Assembly: GCA_964507125.1 (NCBI GenBank)
Contig: CAZDOT010000009.1
Span: forward strand, 13,463-77,462
Source of the DNA: an uncultured Chitinophagales bacterium
GTDB taxonomy: Bacteria; Bacteroidota; Bacteroidia; Chitinophagales; JADIYW01
Direction: 5' to 3'
DNA length: 64,000 nucleotides
Positions within the stretch are counted from its first letter, which is position 1, and every line of letters starts with the position of its first letter. Below, piece by piece: positions 29,655 through 38,226 of the stretch. The translations under genes were made by a program, and so were the position numbers. Below the pieces are notes generated by a model. It did not search any database and had not been told where the DNA came from. It saw nothing but the letters and a program-made list of their open reading frames with translations.

Positions 29655-29947
29655 TTTATTTTAAAAATTAAGTAATAAAAATTGTGCTAATCGCTAAGCG
29701 ATACTCCATTTACACGTAAAATTAAGGATTAATATAGCAACACTGAAAGATTGTTTTTTATGGAATTGTTAGGGATTCTGTGTTGTTTGTCTGGAAATTT
29801 GATGCAGGTCTAATTTGTCGATGTATTAATCAATTTTATTGGTTCTATTCTAATGTTATACTCGAGTATTTTTTTAATAAATAGTTAGCATAATCAGCAG
29901 TAGTTTTCTATATTCGATTATATTTTAATTCTAAAAAAAATCTACAT

Positions 29948-31558
29948 ATGGAATTTGATTTCATTATTGTTGGTGGTGGTTCTGCCGGTTGTGTGTTAGC
30001 GAATCGTTTGTCTGTTAATCCCAATTATAAAGTGGTATTGTTAGAAGCCGGTCCGCCGGATGATTCACATTTTATCCATAATTGTAACCCAGTAAATATG
30101 TTGTATTTGATGAATAGTCCAACATATAATTGGAAATATTTTGCAGAAGGAAATGCCAAAACCGGAAAGCGAAAATTTTATTGGCCAAGAGGAAAAACGT
30201 TGGGTGGCTCAAGTGCCGTAAATGCGATGATTTACACACGTGGGCATTCTTCCGATTATGACCGATGGGCTGAATTGGGAAATGCCGGTTGGGATTTTAA
30301 ATCGGTGTTGCCGTATTTCAAAAAATCGGAATTGCAACATCGCGGTGAAGATGCTTATCATGGCAAAGAAGGTACAATGGATGTAATTGATCCTACCTTC
30401 CATTTTGCTCCGAGTCATGCATTTATAAAAGCTTGTGTTCAAGCAGGCATTCCCCAGAATAAAGACATAAACGGTGAAAAATATGAAGGAGTTGATTTTT
30501 TCCAAATTAATCAAACGCCGGAAGGTAGACGCTGCCATTCCTCTGTTTCTTTTTTAGATCCGGTACGCGATAGAAAAAATCTGAAGGTTATAAATTATGC
30601 TCATATCAAACGTGTTTTAATTAAAGACAATACTGCCTATGGTATTGAATATTTTGATATGAAAGAGGGCAAAAAATTGAAGACGCTCATTGCAACAAAA
30701 GAAGTGATTTTAAGTGCTGGCATTATTGGTTCGCCACAAATTTTAAAATTATCCGGTGTTGGGCCAAAAGAAGAACTACAAAAGTATGGAATTGATGTAC
30801 AGTTGGATTTGCCGGGCGTTGGTGAAAACTTGCAAGATCATCCGGATATTATCATTCGATGCAAAGGAAAACATGGTGCTTCCTTAACTACATTTCCTTG
30901 GCCGTACATGATACAGTTTATGTCTAAATTTTACAAAAAAAATGAAGAGCCATTTGTATTTACGCCAACAGATGCCGGTGGTTATGTAAAATCTGATCCG
31001 AGTGTGGAAGTGCCGGATTTGCAATTGCAATTTGCATCCTTAAGAATGCAACCGCATGGAAATGGTATTAATCCAATTCGTTCCGGTTTTGTGTTACACG
31101 TATGTCACATGCGCCCCAAAAGCAGAGGTCGTGTGTTGTTAAAATCAGCAGATCCATTTGAGGCACCGCGTATTGAAGCTAATTATTTTGATGATGAAAC
31201 AGAATTAAATGCATTGGTGAATGGCGTGAAAATTGCTCGTAAAATTATTTCGCAACCTGCGTTTAAAGAACTTTTTGTGCGCGAAGAAATGCCGGGTGCA
31301 AAGGTGCAAACCGATGCAGAAATTCGACAATTTATTTTAGATAGAGCGGAATCTGTTTATCATTCAGCCGGTTCTTGTAAAATGGGAATAGATGAAATGG
31401 CGGTTGTGGATCCGAAACTTAATGTCCGTGGCATTGCAAATTTGCGTGTGATAGATTCTTCTATTATGCCAACAATTACCAGTAGTAATATACATGCTCC
31501 AACTGTTATGATAGCAGAAAAAGGAGCGGATATGATCTTAGAAAAATATGTAAACTAA
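29948..31558 (+). CDS. GMC-family oxidoreductase (choline dehydrogenase-like)
   Basis: N-terminal FAD motif DFIIVGGGSAGCVLANRLS, GKTLGGSSAVNAM, and the C-terminal HSAGSCKMG...VIDSSIMP. Confidence 0.93.
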   Translation: MEFDFIIVGGGSAGCVLANRLSVNPNYKVVLLEAGPPDDSHFIHNCNPVNMLYLMNSPTYNWKYFAEGNAKTGKRKFYWPRGKTLGGSSAVNAMIYTRGHSSDYDRWAELGNAGWDFKSVLPYFKKSELQHRGEDAYHGKEGTMDVIDPTFHFAPSHAFIKACVQAGIPQNKDINGEKYEGVDFFQINQTPEGRRCHSSVSFLDPVRDRKNLKVINYAHIKRVLIKDNTAYGIEYFDMKEGKKLKTLIATKEVILSAGIIGSPQILKLSGVGPKEELQKYGIDVQLDLPGVGENLQDHPDIIIRCKGKHGASLTTFPWPYMIQFMSKFYKKNEEPFVFTPTDAGGYVKSDPSVEVPDLQLQFASLRMQPHGNGINPIRSGFVLHVCHMRPKSRGRVLLKSADPFEAPRIEANYFDDETELNALVNGVKIARKIISQPAFKELFVREEMPGAKVQTDAEIRQFILDRAESVYHSAGSCKMGIDEMAVVDPKLNVRGIANLRVIDSSIMPTITSSNIHAPTVMIAEKGADMILEKYVN

Positions 31559-31577
31559 GCAAAATTTATTTACTTAA

Positions 31578-32570
31578 TCAACTATTCATCATCTTCCATA
31601 AGGCATCTTTTAGTGCCATGATATTATCATTTGTAAGTGAGGAAAAAAAGATATGCGGTACTTTTTTAGGTAGTTCTTTTGCAAGTAATTGTTTGAGTTC
31701 ATCATCCAATAAATCCGATTTAGAAATACCGATAATTCGTGGTTTATGTATTAATTCTTTATTGTAAAGTTTTAATTCTTTTTCTAATATTTTGTATTGT
31801 TTTTTTATATCATCCGCATCTGCAGGAATTAAAAACAATAAACAACTATTGCGTTCAATATGTCTTAAAAATCGGACACCTAATCCTTTTCCTTCGTGTG
31901 CACCTTCTATAATTCCCGGAATATCTGCCATGATGAAAGAGCGATTATCTCGATAAGAAACAACACCTAAGTTGGGCACTAAGGTTGTAAAAGCATAGTC
32001 TGCAATTTCTGGTTTTGCAGCACTTAATACCGAAAGTAAGGTGGATTTTCCGGCATTAGGAAATCCAACTAATCCAACATCTGCTAATACTTTTAATTCT
32101 AAAATTTTCCAGCCTTCTTCGCCTCCTTCACCAGGTTGCGCATAGCGTGGTGCTTGGTTTACCGGTGTTTTGTAGTGATTATTTCCTTGACCGCCTCTAC
32201 CGCCTTTTAACCAAATAATTTCTTGTCCATCTTCTAAAATCTCTACTTCTTTTTCTCCGTTTTCTCCATTTCTTCCGATGGTGCCTAATGGCACTTCTAT
32301 AATAATGTCTTCACCGTTTTTTCCGGTACGTAAACCGCCTTCGCCATAACTGCCGTTATCGGCATGTATGTGTTTTTTATATTTAAGATGTAAAAGCGTC
32401 CATAACTGCTTATTACCACGTAAAATTACGTGTCCGCCTCTGCCGCCATCGCCGCCATCCGGACCGCCTTTGGGAACATATTTTTCACGTCTGAAATGTA
32501 CAGAACCACCTCCGCCATTTCCCGAGCGAATAAAAATTTTTACGTAGTCTATAAAGTTGCTGCCTTCCAT
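31578..32570 (-). CDS. obgE: GTPase ObgE/CgtA
   Basis: The Gly-rich Obg fold shows [14 protein letters not shown]...[12 protein letters not shown]. The G domain shows GFPNAGKST and DIPG. Confidence 0.96.
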   Translation of the reverse strand: MEGSNFIDYVKIFIRSGNGGGGSVHFRREKYVPKGGPDGGDGGRGGHVILRGNKQLWTLLHLKYKKHIHADNGSYGEGGLRTGKNGEDIIIEVPLGTIGRNGENGEKEVEILEDGQEIIWLKGGRGGQGNNHYKTPVNQAPRYAQPGEGGEEGWKILELKVLADVGLVGFPNAGKSTLLSVLSAAKPEIADYAFTTLVPNLGVVSYRDNRSFIMADIPGIIEGAHEGKGLGVRFLRHIERNSCLLFLIPADADDIKKQYKILEKELKLYNKELIHKPRIIGISKSDLLDDELKQLLAKELPKKVPHIFFSSLTNDNIMALKDALWKMMNS

Positions 32571-32591
32571 TTGATGTGCAAAGATACAAAT

Positions 32592-32633
32592 AAAAAAAGA
32601 GCTTCAAGCAATATTCTATTCTTGAAGCTCTTT
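32592..32633 (-). terminator. intrinsic terminator after adk
   Basis: Minus strand: AAAGAGCTTCAAG, 12-nt loop, CTTGAAGCTCTTT, followed by T7. Confidence 0.8.
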
Positions 32634-32649
32634 GTATGAATGTGTTGTA

Positions 32650-33234
32650 TTAAATTACTTTTTTGATTTCTGTAGAAAGATTTTCAAAAATTTCATCGAT
32701 AGTGCCAATTCCATTTAATGCAACAAACTTATCTGCTTTTTTATAATGATCGGCAACTTGTGATGTTTGTTTCAAATACACTTGAAAACGGTTGCGGATA
32801 ATATTTTCATCTAAATCGTCAGCACGCGGATTTTCTGATTTTTTTGCACGCTCTAAAATACGATGTGTGATTTCATCTTCGCCCACTTCTAAAGCTAATA
32901 CTAAAGAAATAGTTGTGTTTTTTAAATCTAATAATTTGTCTAATGCTTCCGCTTGTGGTTCTGTTCTTGGAAATCCATCAAAAATAAATCCATTCACTTT
33001 TCCGGCTTGTTCATCTAATTTATTTGATAACATCCCGATGGTTACTTCATCGGGCACCAATTCACCTTTGGTCATGTATTTTTTAGCTTCTAAACCAAGT
33101 GGTGTTTCGTTGCTTATTTCATTTCTGAATAAATCTCCGGTAGAGATATGGTAAAGGTTGAACGTTTCTGCTAATTTAACGGCTTGTGTTCCTTTTCCAC
33201 TTCCCGGAGGGCCAAATAAAATTAAATTTATCAT
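32650..33234 (-). CDS. adk: adenylate kinase
   Basis: P-loop LFGPPGSGKGTQ and ISTGDLFR. This is the short form without a zinc lid. Confidence 0.96.
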   Translation of the reverse strand: MINLILFGPPGSGKGTQAVKLAETFNLYHISTGDLFRNEISNETPLGLEAKKYMTKGELVPDEVTIGMLSNKLDEQAGKVNGFIFDGFPRTEPQAEALDKLLDLKNTTISLVLALEVGEDEITHRILERAKKSENPRADDLDENIIRNRFQVYLKQTSQVADHYKKADKFVALNGIGTIDEIFENLSTEIKKVI

Positions 33235-33341
33235 TTGTGTTTTTTATGAGAGGATAAAGATACGATGTATTTACAGTTTATAATTTGAGCTATATCTATT
33301 TCGATGTATAAATTACTTTTTAGTAATGTTAGCGTAAAATC

Positions 33342-34574
33342 TTAATAGAGTATGCGCGCTTTAAGCGTGTTTTTTACTTTTTTCAAATCTTCCATTAATT
33401 CCAAATCGGCATTGCCATCTACATCTAAAACAACATAACCTATCGTTTCATTTGTTTTAAGATATTGTCCTAAAATATTGACATTATGTTTGGAAAGTGT
33501 AGAGTTGATTTCCGTTAAAACACCCGGAACATTGTGGTGAATATGCAATACACGTCTAGTATTTTGCTGAACCGATAAGCTTATTTCCGGTACGGTTTTA
33601 GATCCTAAAGTGCTGCCGTTGTCTAAAAATCCGGTCAGTTTTGTTGCCACTTCAGTGCCAATATTTTCTTGTGCTTCTTGCGTTGAACCTCCAATATGTG
33701 GTGTTAATATGATATTGTGCAAGCCCACTAATTCTGATTCGAAGCCTGGTCCGTTTTGTTTCGGTTCTTTTGGGAAAACATCTATTGCAGCACCGCTAAT
33801 TTTTCCGCTTTTTACTGCATTCGCCAAAGCCGGAATATCGACAACATTACCGCGTGCTAAATTCTGGAACACAACACCATCTTTCATTAAAGCAAATTCT
33901 TTTTCGCCAATTAAATTCTGAGTTTGTGCCGTTGCCGGAACGTGTAAGGTTACGATATCTGATTTTTGTAATAACTCTTCTAAGGTATCTATCGAATTGG
34001 CATTTCCTAAAGGAAGTTTGGGTTCAACATCAAAATAAATTACTTTTAAACCCATGCTTTCTGCCAATACAGATACTTGCGAGCCAATATGTCCGTAGCC
34101 AATAATACCGATGGTTTTGCCTCTTAACTCATAACTTCTCGTTGCGGTTTTTTGCCAATTTCCATCATGCATAAATTTGCTTTTTTGAGGAATACCTCTT
34201 AATAACATAATGGAATTTCCGATGATTAATTCTGCTACCGAACGTGTGTTGGAATACGGTGAGTTAAAAACCGGAATACCCAATTCTGTTGCTTTTTTCA
34301 AGTCAACTTGATTGGTGCCGATACAAAAACAACCGATAGTCATTAACTTTTTTGCTTTTTCTAAAACCGGAGCTGTTAAGTTCGTTTTAGAGCGGATACC
34401 AATAATGTGATAATTTTCGATGCATTCTAATAATTCTGCTTCGTTCATCGCTTCTTTGCGACTGTCAATGTTGGTGTACCCTTTTTTGTGAAACTCGTTG
34501 AGTGCGGATTGATGTAAGCCTTCGAGTAATAAAATCTTGATTTTTTCTTTTGGAAATGAAACTTCTTTTGCCAT
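33342..34574 (-). CDS. serA: D-3-phosphoglycerate dehydrogenase with C-terminal ACT domain
   Basis: GIIGYGHIGSQV NAD motif and catalytic region NLARG...TPHIGGST. The C-terminal ~70 aa is ACT-like. The ATG is at 34574; 34583 is a TTG. Confidence 0.9.
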   Translation of the reverse strand: MAKEVSFPKEKIKILLLEGLHQSALNEFHKKGYTNIDSRKEAMNEAELLECIENYHIIGIRSKTNLTAPVLEKAKKLMTIGCFCIGTNQVDLKKATELGIPVFNSPYSNTRSVAELIIGNSIMLLRGIPQKSKFMHDGNWQKTATRSYELRGKTIGIIGYGHIGSQVSVLAESMGLKVIYFDVEPKLPLGNANSIDTLEELLQKSDIVTLHVPATAQTQNLIGEKEFALMKDGVVFQNLARGNVVDIPALANAVKSGKISGAAIDVFPKEPKQNGPGFESELVGLHNIILTPHIGGSTQEAQENIGTEVATKLTGFLDNGSTLGSKTVPEISLSVQQNTRRVLHIHHNVPGVLTEINSTLSKHNVNILGQYLKTNETIGYVVLDVDGNADLELMEDLKKVKNTLKARILY

Positions 34575-34659
34575 GATTATCAAAAATAAATATTATCTGA
34601 CGGATTCATCTACTAAAACAACATAACAATATTTATTTAAGATTTTGGTAAAAGTTAAT

Positions 34660-35319
34660 TTAACCGACAGCCTCGTTAAAAAACCGGATAAGTGGATGTA
34701 CAGTTTGTGATAGTTGAGTAATGGTTTTTATAAATTGCTTATCCATCACTTCAGTGTCGCTGAGTGGTTTTGCTACGGTGAAACTTTTTAATTTTAAATA
34801 GTGGATAGCCTCATTACTTTCATCATACCCTTTGGGTGGCCTTTTGAGTTGGTTTTCCACTCGTAAATCCTGAAAGGTATTTTTGAATTTTGTGGAGGAA
34901 AGTATCTTTTTAAAATCTGAAAAATTATAATCAATTTCTTGCCTAATTTTAGCTAATTGTTCCGGCATCGGCATATAAATTCCGGCACCAAAAAAACAAT
35001 TTCCGGGCTGTATGTGCAAGTAATATCCGGCAAAGTTGGTGTTTTTGCCACCTTTGGTTAGGTAAGCACCTAAGTTGGTTTTATAAGGTCGTTTATCCGC
35101 CGAAAAACGAATATCTCTGTTGATGCGAAAGATGCATTTGTTCGGTTCTAAAAAAGCAATATCAGCATCGGTTTTTCCAAATTGTTGTATCCAATCTGCA
35201 ATGAATAGTTTAATCTCATTTTGTGCGTGTACATATCGATGTCTGTTGGCTTCGAACCAATCTTTATGGTTGTTTTGTTCCAACTCTTTTAAAAACTGAA
35301 AGGTATCAGCGGTTAGCAT
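34660..35319 (-). CDS. DUF2461 (TIGR02453) family protein
   Basis: FLKELEQNNHKDWFEANR..., RINRDIRFSADKRPYKTN and GYYLHIQPG are typical of this family as I recall it. Confidence 0.8.
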   Translation of the reverse strand: MLTADTFQFLKELEQNNHKDWFEANRHRYVHAQNEIKLFIADWIQQFGKTDADIAFLEPNKCIFRINRDIRFSADKRPYKTNLGAYLTKGGKNTNFAGYYLHIQPGNCFFGAGIYMPMPEQLAKIRQEIDYNFSDFKKILSSTKFKNTFQDLRVENQLKRPPKGYDESNEAIHYLKLKSFTVAKPLSDTEVMDKQFIKTITQLSQTVHPLIRFFNEAVG

Positions 35320-35749
35320 CTTTTTTTAGTTTATTTTCTTTTTGTATGATGCTTTCTAATGTGTCTTTTTTAAGCATTTCTACGGTTTCATTACGAATAG
35401 CTAAAAATGCATGGCGGATGCCGCAGGTTACTTCATCATCGCATTCTTCGCATTTCTCATAGTATTTATGTGTAACACAAGGCAATAAACCAATGGCACC
35501 ATCAAAATATCGGATTATCTCTGCTAAATTTACTTCAGATGGATGTTTGATTAAATAATATCCGCCGCCTTTTCCTTTTTTGGAATTTAAAATACCGGCA
35601 TTGCGTAAATCCAATAAAATGGTTTCTAAAAATTTTTTAGGAATGCGTTCATTGGTGGCAATTTCACTAATTAAAACAGGCTCTTTTGCCGGCTTTTTTG
35701 CCAGATATACCAATGCATTTATTGCATATTTGGTTTTTTTTGAAAGCAT
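35306..35749 (-). CDS. Rrf2-family transcriptional regulator
   Basis: MLSKKTKYAINALVYLA... winged helix, GILNSKKGKGGGYYL, and a Cys cluster CX8CX2CX5C. The stop overlaps the DUF2461 start by 14 nt. Confidence 0.9.
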   Translation of the reverse strand: MLSKKTKYAINALVYLAKKPAKEPVLISEIATNERIPKKFLETILLDLRNAGILNSKKGKGGGYYLIKHPSEVNLAEIIRYFDGAIGLLPCVTHKYYEKCEECDDEVTCGIRHAFLAIRNETVEMLKKDTLESIIQKENKLKKDANR

Positions 35750-35909
35750 ATTTTAGTTGCGTTTGTAAATCAGGATATACACTTGTACGAGGTTAAAGAT
35801 ACTTATCTTTTTTATCAGTCTATGGATTAAGTAGATAAAATTTTCACATTTATTTTTGTTGTGTGTAAAATGTTAGTGTAGATGGTGTAAAACTTGTTAT
35901 TTTTACAGT

Positions 35910-36185
35910 ATGAGTTTTAAGTATAATGCATCAACATTGGCGCTTTTAGAGTCTATCTTTAAAGAGAATCATTATGTGGTTCGATATGAAAAAGGTCGAT
36001 TCCAGTCGGGTTATTGCATCTTGCAAGATAAGAAAGTAGCTGTGGTAAATAAGTTTTTTGAAACGGAAGCTCGCATCAATGCATTGATAGAAATTTTATC
36101 TCAAATAAGCGTAGATGCTTCATTGTTAGATGAAAAACAACTTAAGTTATTTGAACAATTAGCACAGCAAAAATTAGAAATATAA
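35910..36185 (+). CDS. hypothetical protein (91 aa)
   Basis: An ATG-initiated ORF with coding-like composition, just upstream of the MBL hydrolase gene. I recognised no motif. Confidence 0.55.
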   Translation: MSFKYNASTLALLESIFKENHYVVRYEKGRFQSGYCILQDKKVAVVNKFFETEARINALIEILSQISVDASLLDEKQLKLFEQLAQQKLEI

Positions 36186-36238
36186 TTATTGTCAATAATC
36201 TTTTGATGATAGTTTATTGCATACAAATCCATTGACCA

Positions 36239-37015
36239 TTGAACCATAGTAAAATACGATTTACTTTTTTGGGAACAGGCACCTCTCAAGGTGTTCCGGT
36301 GATTACATGTACGTGTGCCGTTTGCACATCTAAAGATAAAAGAGATAATCGTACGCGCACATCATTGTTTATTCAATCACCCAAAACAAGTGTAATTATT
36401 GATACCGGGCCGGATTTCAGACATCAGATGTTGCGTGAAAAATTAAATGATTTAGATGCTGTTTTGTTTACACATGGACATAAAGACCACGTGGCAGGAT
36501 TAGATGATATACGACCATTTAATTACCTATTGGGCAAAACGATGGATGTATATGCAGAAGAATTGGTGCAAGAAATATTGAAACGAGAGTTTGCGTATGC
36601 TTTTGTTGGACATGATTATCCCGGAGCACCGCAAATAAATTTAAAAACGATAGATGAAACACCTTTTACAATTGGTGATATTCCAATAATTCCTATTCGT
36701 GCAATGCATAAAAATTTGCCTGTATTGGGTTTTAGAGTGCACGATTTTACCTATATCACTGATGCTAATTATATTGCACCGGAAGATTTAGAAAAAATAA
36801 AAGGCAGCAAAGTGTTGGTGTTAAATGCCTTGCGCAAAGAACCACATTATTCGCATTTTAATATGGAACAAGCTATCGAAATTGTATATAAGGTTCAGCC
36901 TGAAAAGGCCTATTTTACGCACATTTCACACCATTTGGGTTTGCACGAAATTGTCGAGAATGAGTTACCAGACAATATTTCGTTAGCATACGATGGATTG
37001 CAGATTAGTCTTTGA
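36239..37015 (+). CDS. MBL-fold metallo-hydrolase (PhnP/GPAT-like)
   Basis: FLGTGTSQGVP and THGHKDH (HxHxDH). The start appears to be a TTG, so the start position is uncertain. Confidence 0.85.
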   Translation: MNHSKIRFTFLGTGTSQGVPVITCTCAVCTSKDKRDNRTRTSLFIQSPKTSVIIDTGPDFRHQMLREKLNDLDAVLFTHGHKDHVAGLDDIRPFNYLLGKTMDVYAEELVQEILKREFAYAFVGHDYPGAPQINLKTIDETPFTIGDIPIIPIRAMHKNLPVLGFRVHDFTYITDANYIAPEDLEKIKGSKVLVLNALRKEPHYSHFNMEQAIEIVYKVQPEKAYFTHISHHLGLHEIVENELPDNISLAYDGLQISL

Positions 37016-37088
37016 GTCTTTGAGTTTGTGAATTAATGAATTTGTGAATTAATAAAAATTCTACATACCTAAACTCCTAAACTCCTAA
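37008..37088. repeat. composite tandem-repeat block filling the whole gap between two convergent stop codons
   Basis: GTCTTTGA x2 (37008-23, containing the MBL TGA stop). TTTGTGAATTAAT x2 at 16-nt period (37025-37053). CCTAAACT x2.6 (37068-88, containing the gldB TAG stop on the complement). Confidence 0.85.
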
Positions 37089-38125
37089 TTCATTTTCGGT
37101 TTGTATTTTGATTCTGTCAAAATTTTTTGTCCATCGCTTAATGCAATCAAGTCTTTTAAGGTAGTTTCCGGTTTTTCTTTCATGTAAGCTCGAATAATTT
37201 GCCAACCCAACCATGCGCCCACTCTGCCCGGACTGGTGCTCGGCATACCATATGTTGTCGGCCCTTCGGTTACGTATTTGTATTGTTCGAATTGTGTATT
37301 GTAAAATAAATCTTTCTGTACAAAATAAGCCCAAATTTGTGGTTCGTTGTCAATGCAAAATTTCCAACTTTTGTCGTTGTATTTTATAATATCATTTTCT
37401 GCTTTGTTGGGTAATAAATTCTCGATGATATAAAATATTTTACCTTTTGCAAGCATTTTATCTAATAAAGTAGATTTATCGCTCGGAGCTTTTACTAAAT
37501 TATTGGCTAATACATTGGCACAGTCAATTGCCATATATTTTTTGTCAAACGTTGGAATCATAAATGAAAATTGTTTAAAAATATCGGCATAGAATCGATA
37601 TTTCTCTCCTAAATACATGTCCAACGAAATGCCAATTAGTGAATCGGAAACCGTAAATGTGGCAATCTGAAATTCTGATATGCAGGTAGTTACATTTGGT
37701 GTTGGTTTTTCGGGGAAATGACTTTTGTAATTGGTAAACAAAATCTGTAAATCATCTTTTAAAAAATCTAAATTGGCGAATGCTTTTTTTATGGTATCAC
37801 GTAAGCCAACATTGTATTTGTTTGTGATAAATTCTTGCATGTAATTAAGTTGCGTGCCTTTGTCTCCGAAGCTCGGAACTTGTAAAATTTGATTATAAAA
37901 AACATCGTAAAAAGCCGGATATTTTTTTTCTAATTTGGGTAAATCTATATCTAATTTATTGGGATTGCAGGCAAATAAATCATCTTCAAATCTGCTGATT
38001 TGAAAGTGTATGTCCGATTTTTTTACATCTTGTATTTTTTTAGCTTGATTTTTTTGTTGGTTGCAAGAGCATGCACTGAAAAATAAAATTGCTAATATGT
38101 AAATTCCAAAGGATACTTGTCTCAT
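37085..38125 (-). CDS. gldB: gliding motility lipoprotein GldB
   Basis: Lipobox LFFSAC. The C-terminal SPGRVGAWLGWQIIRAYMK...SKYKPK matches my recollection of the Flavobacterium johnsoniae GldB C-terminus. Confidence 0.85.
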   Translation of the reverse strand: MRQVSFGIYILAILFFSACSCNQQKNQAKKIQDVKKSDIHFQISRFEDDLFACNPNKLDIDLPKLEKKYPAFYDVFYNQILQVPSFGDKGTQLNYMQEFITNKYNVGLRDTIKKAFANLDFLKDDLQILFTNYKSHFPEKPTPNVTTCISEFQIATFTVSDSLIGISLDMYLGEKYRFYADIFKQFSFMIPTFDKKYMAIDCANVLANNLVKAPSDKSTLLDKMLAKGKIFYIIENLLPNKAENDIIKYNDKSWKFCIDNEPQIWAYFVQKDLFYNTQFEQYKYVTEGPTTYGMPSTSPGRVGAWLGWQIIRAYMKEKPETTLKDLIALSDGQKILTESKYKPKMN

Positions 38126-38146
38126 GTTGCTGAATCAATTTTGGTG

Positions 38147-38154
38147 CAAAAATA
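38147..38154 (-). promoter_or_regulatory. TAnnTTTG (-7) box for gldB
   Basis: The minus strand reads TATTTTTG, 21 nt upstream of the gldB ATG. Confidence 0.35.
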
Positions 38155-38214
38155 AGGATAAAATCAGTATCAGAATATTTTTTTAAAGAACGATAACTTA
38201 ATGTTACATTTTAC

Positions 38215-38222
38215 TACTTTTG
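38215..38222 (+). promoter_or_regulatory. TAnnTTTG (-7) box for nadE, ending 4 nt before the ATG
   Basis: TACTTTTG at 38215-38222, with the ATG at 38227. Confidence 0.35.
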
Positions 38223-38226
38223 AATT

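Noticed and set aside
37008-37088. Possible CRISPR-like or minisatellite array.
   Set aside because: The units are 8-16 nt with no unique spacers and at most about 2.6 copies each, and no cas genes are present. I report it as short tandem repeats instead.
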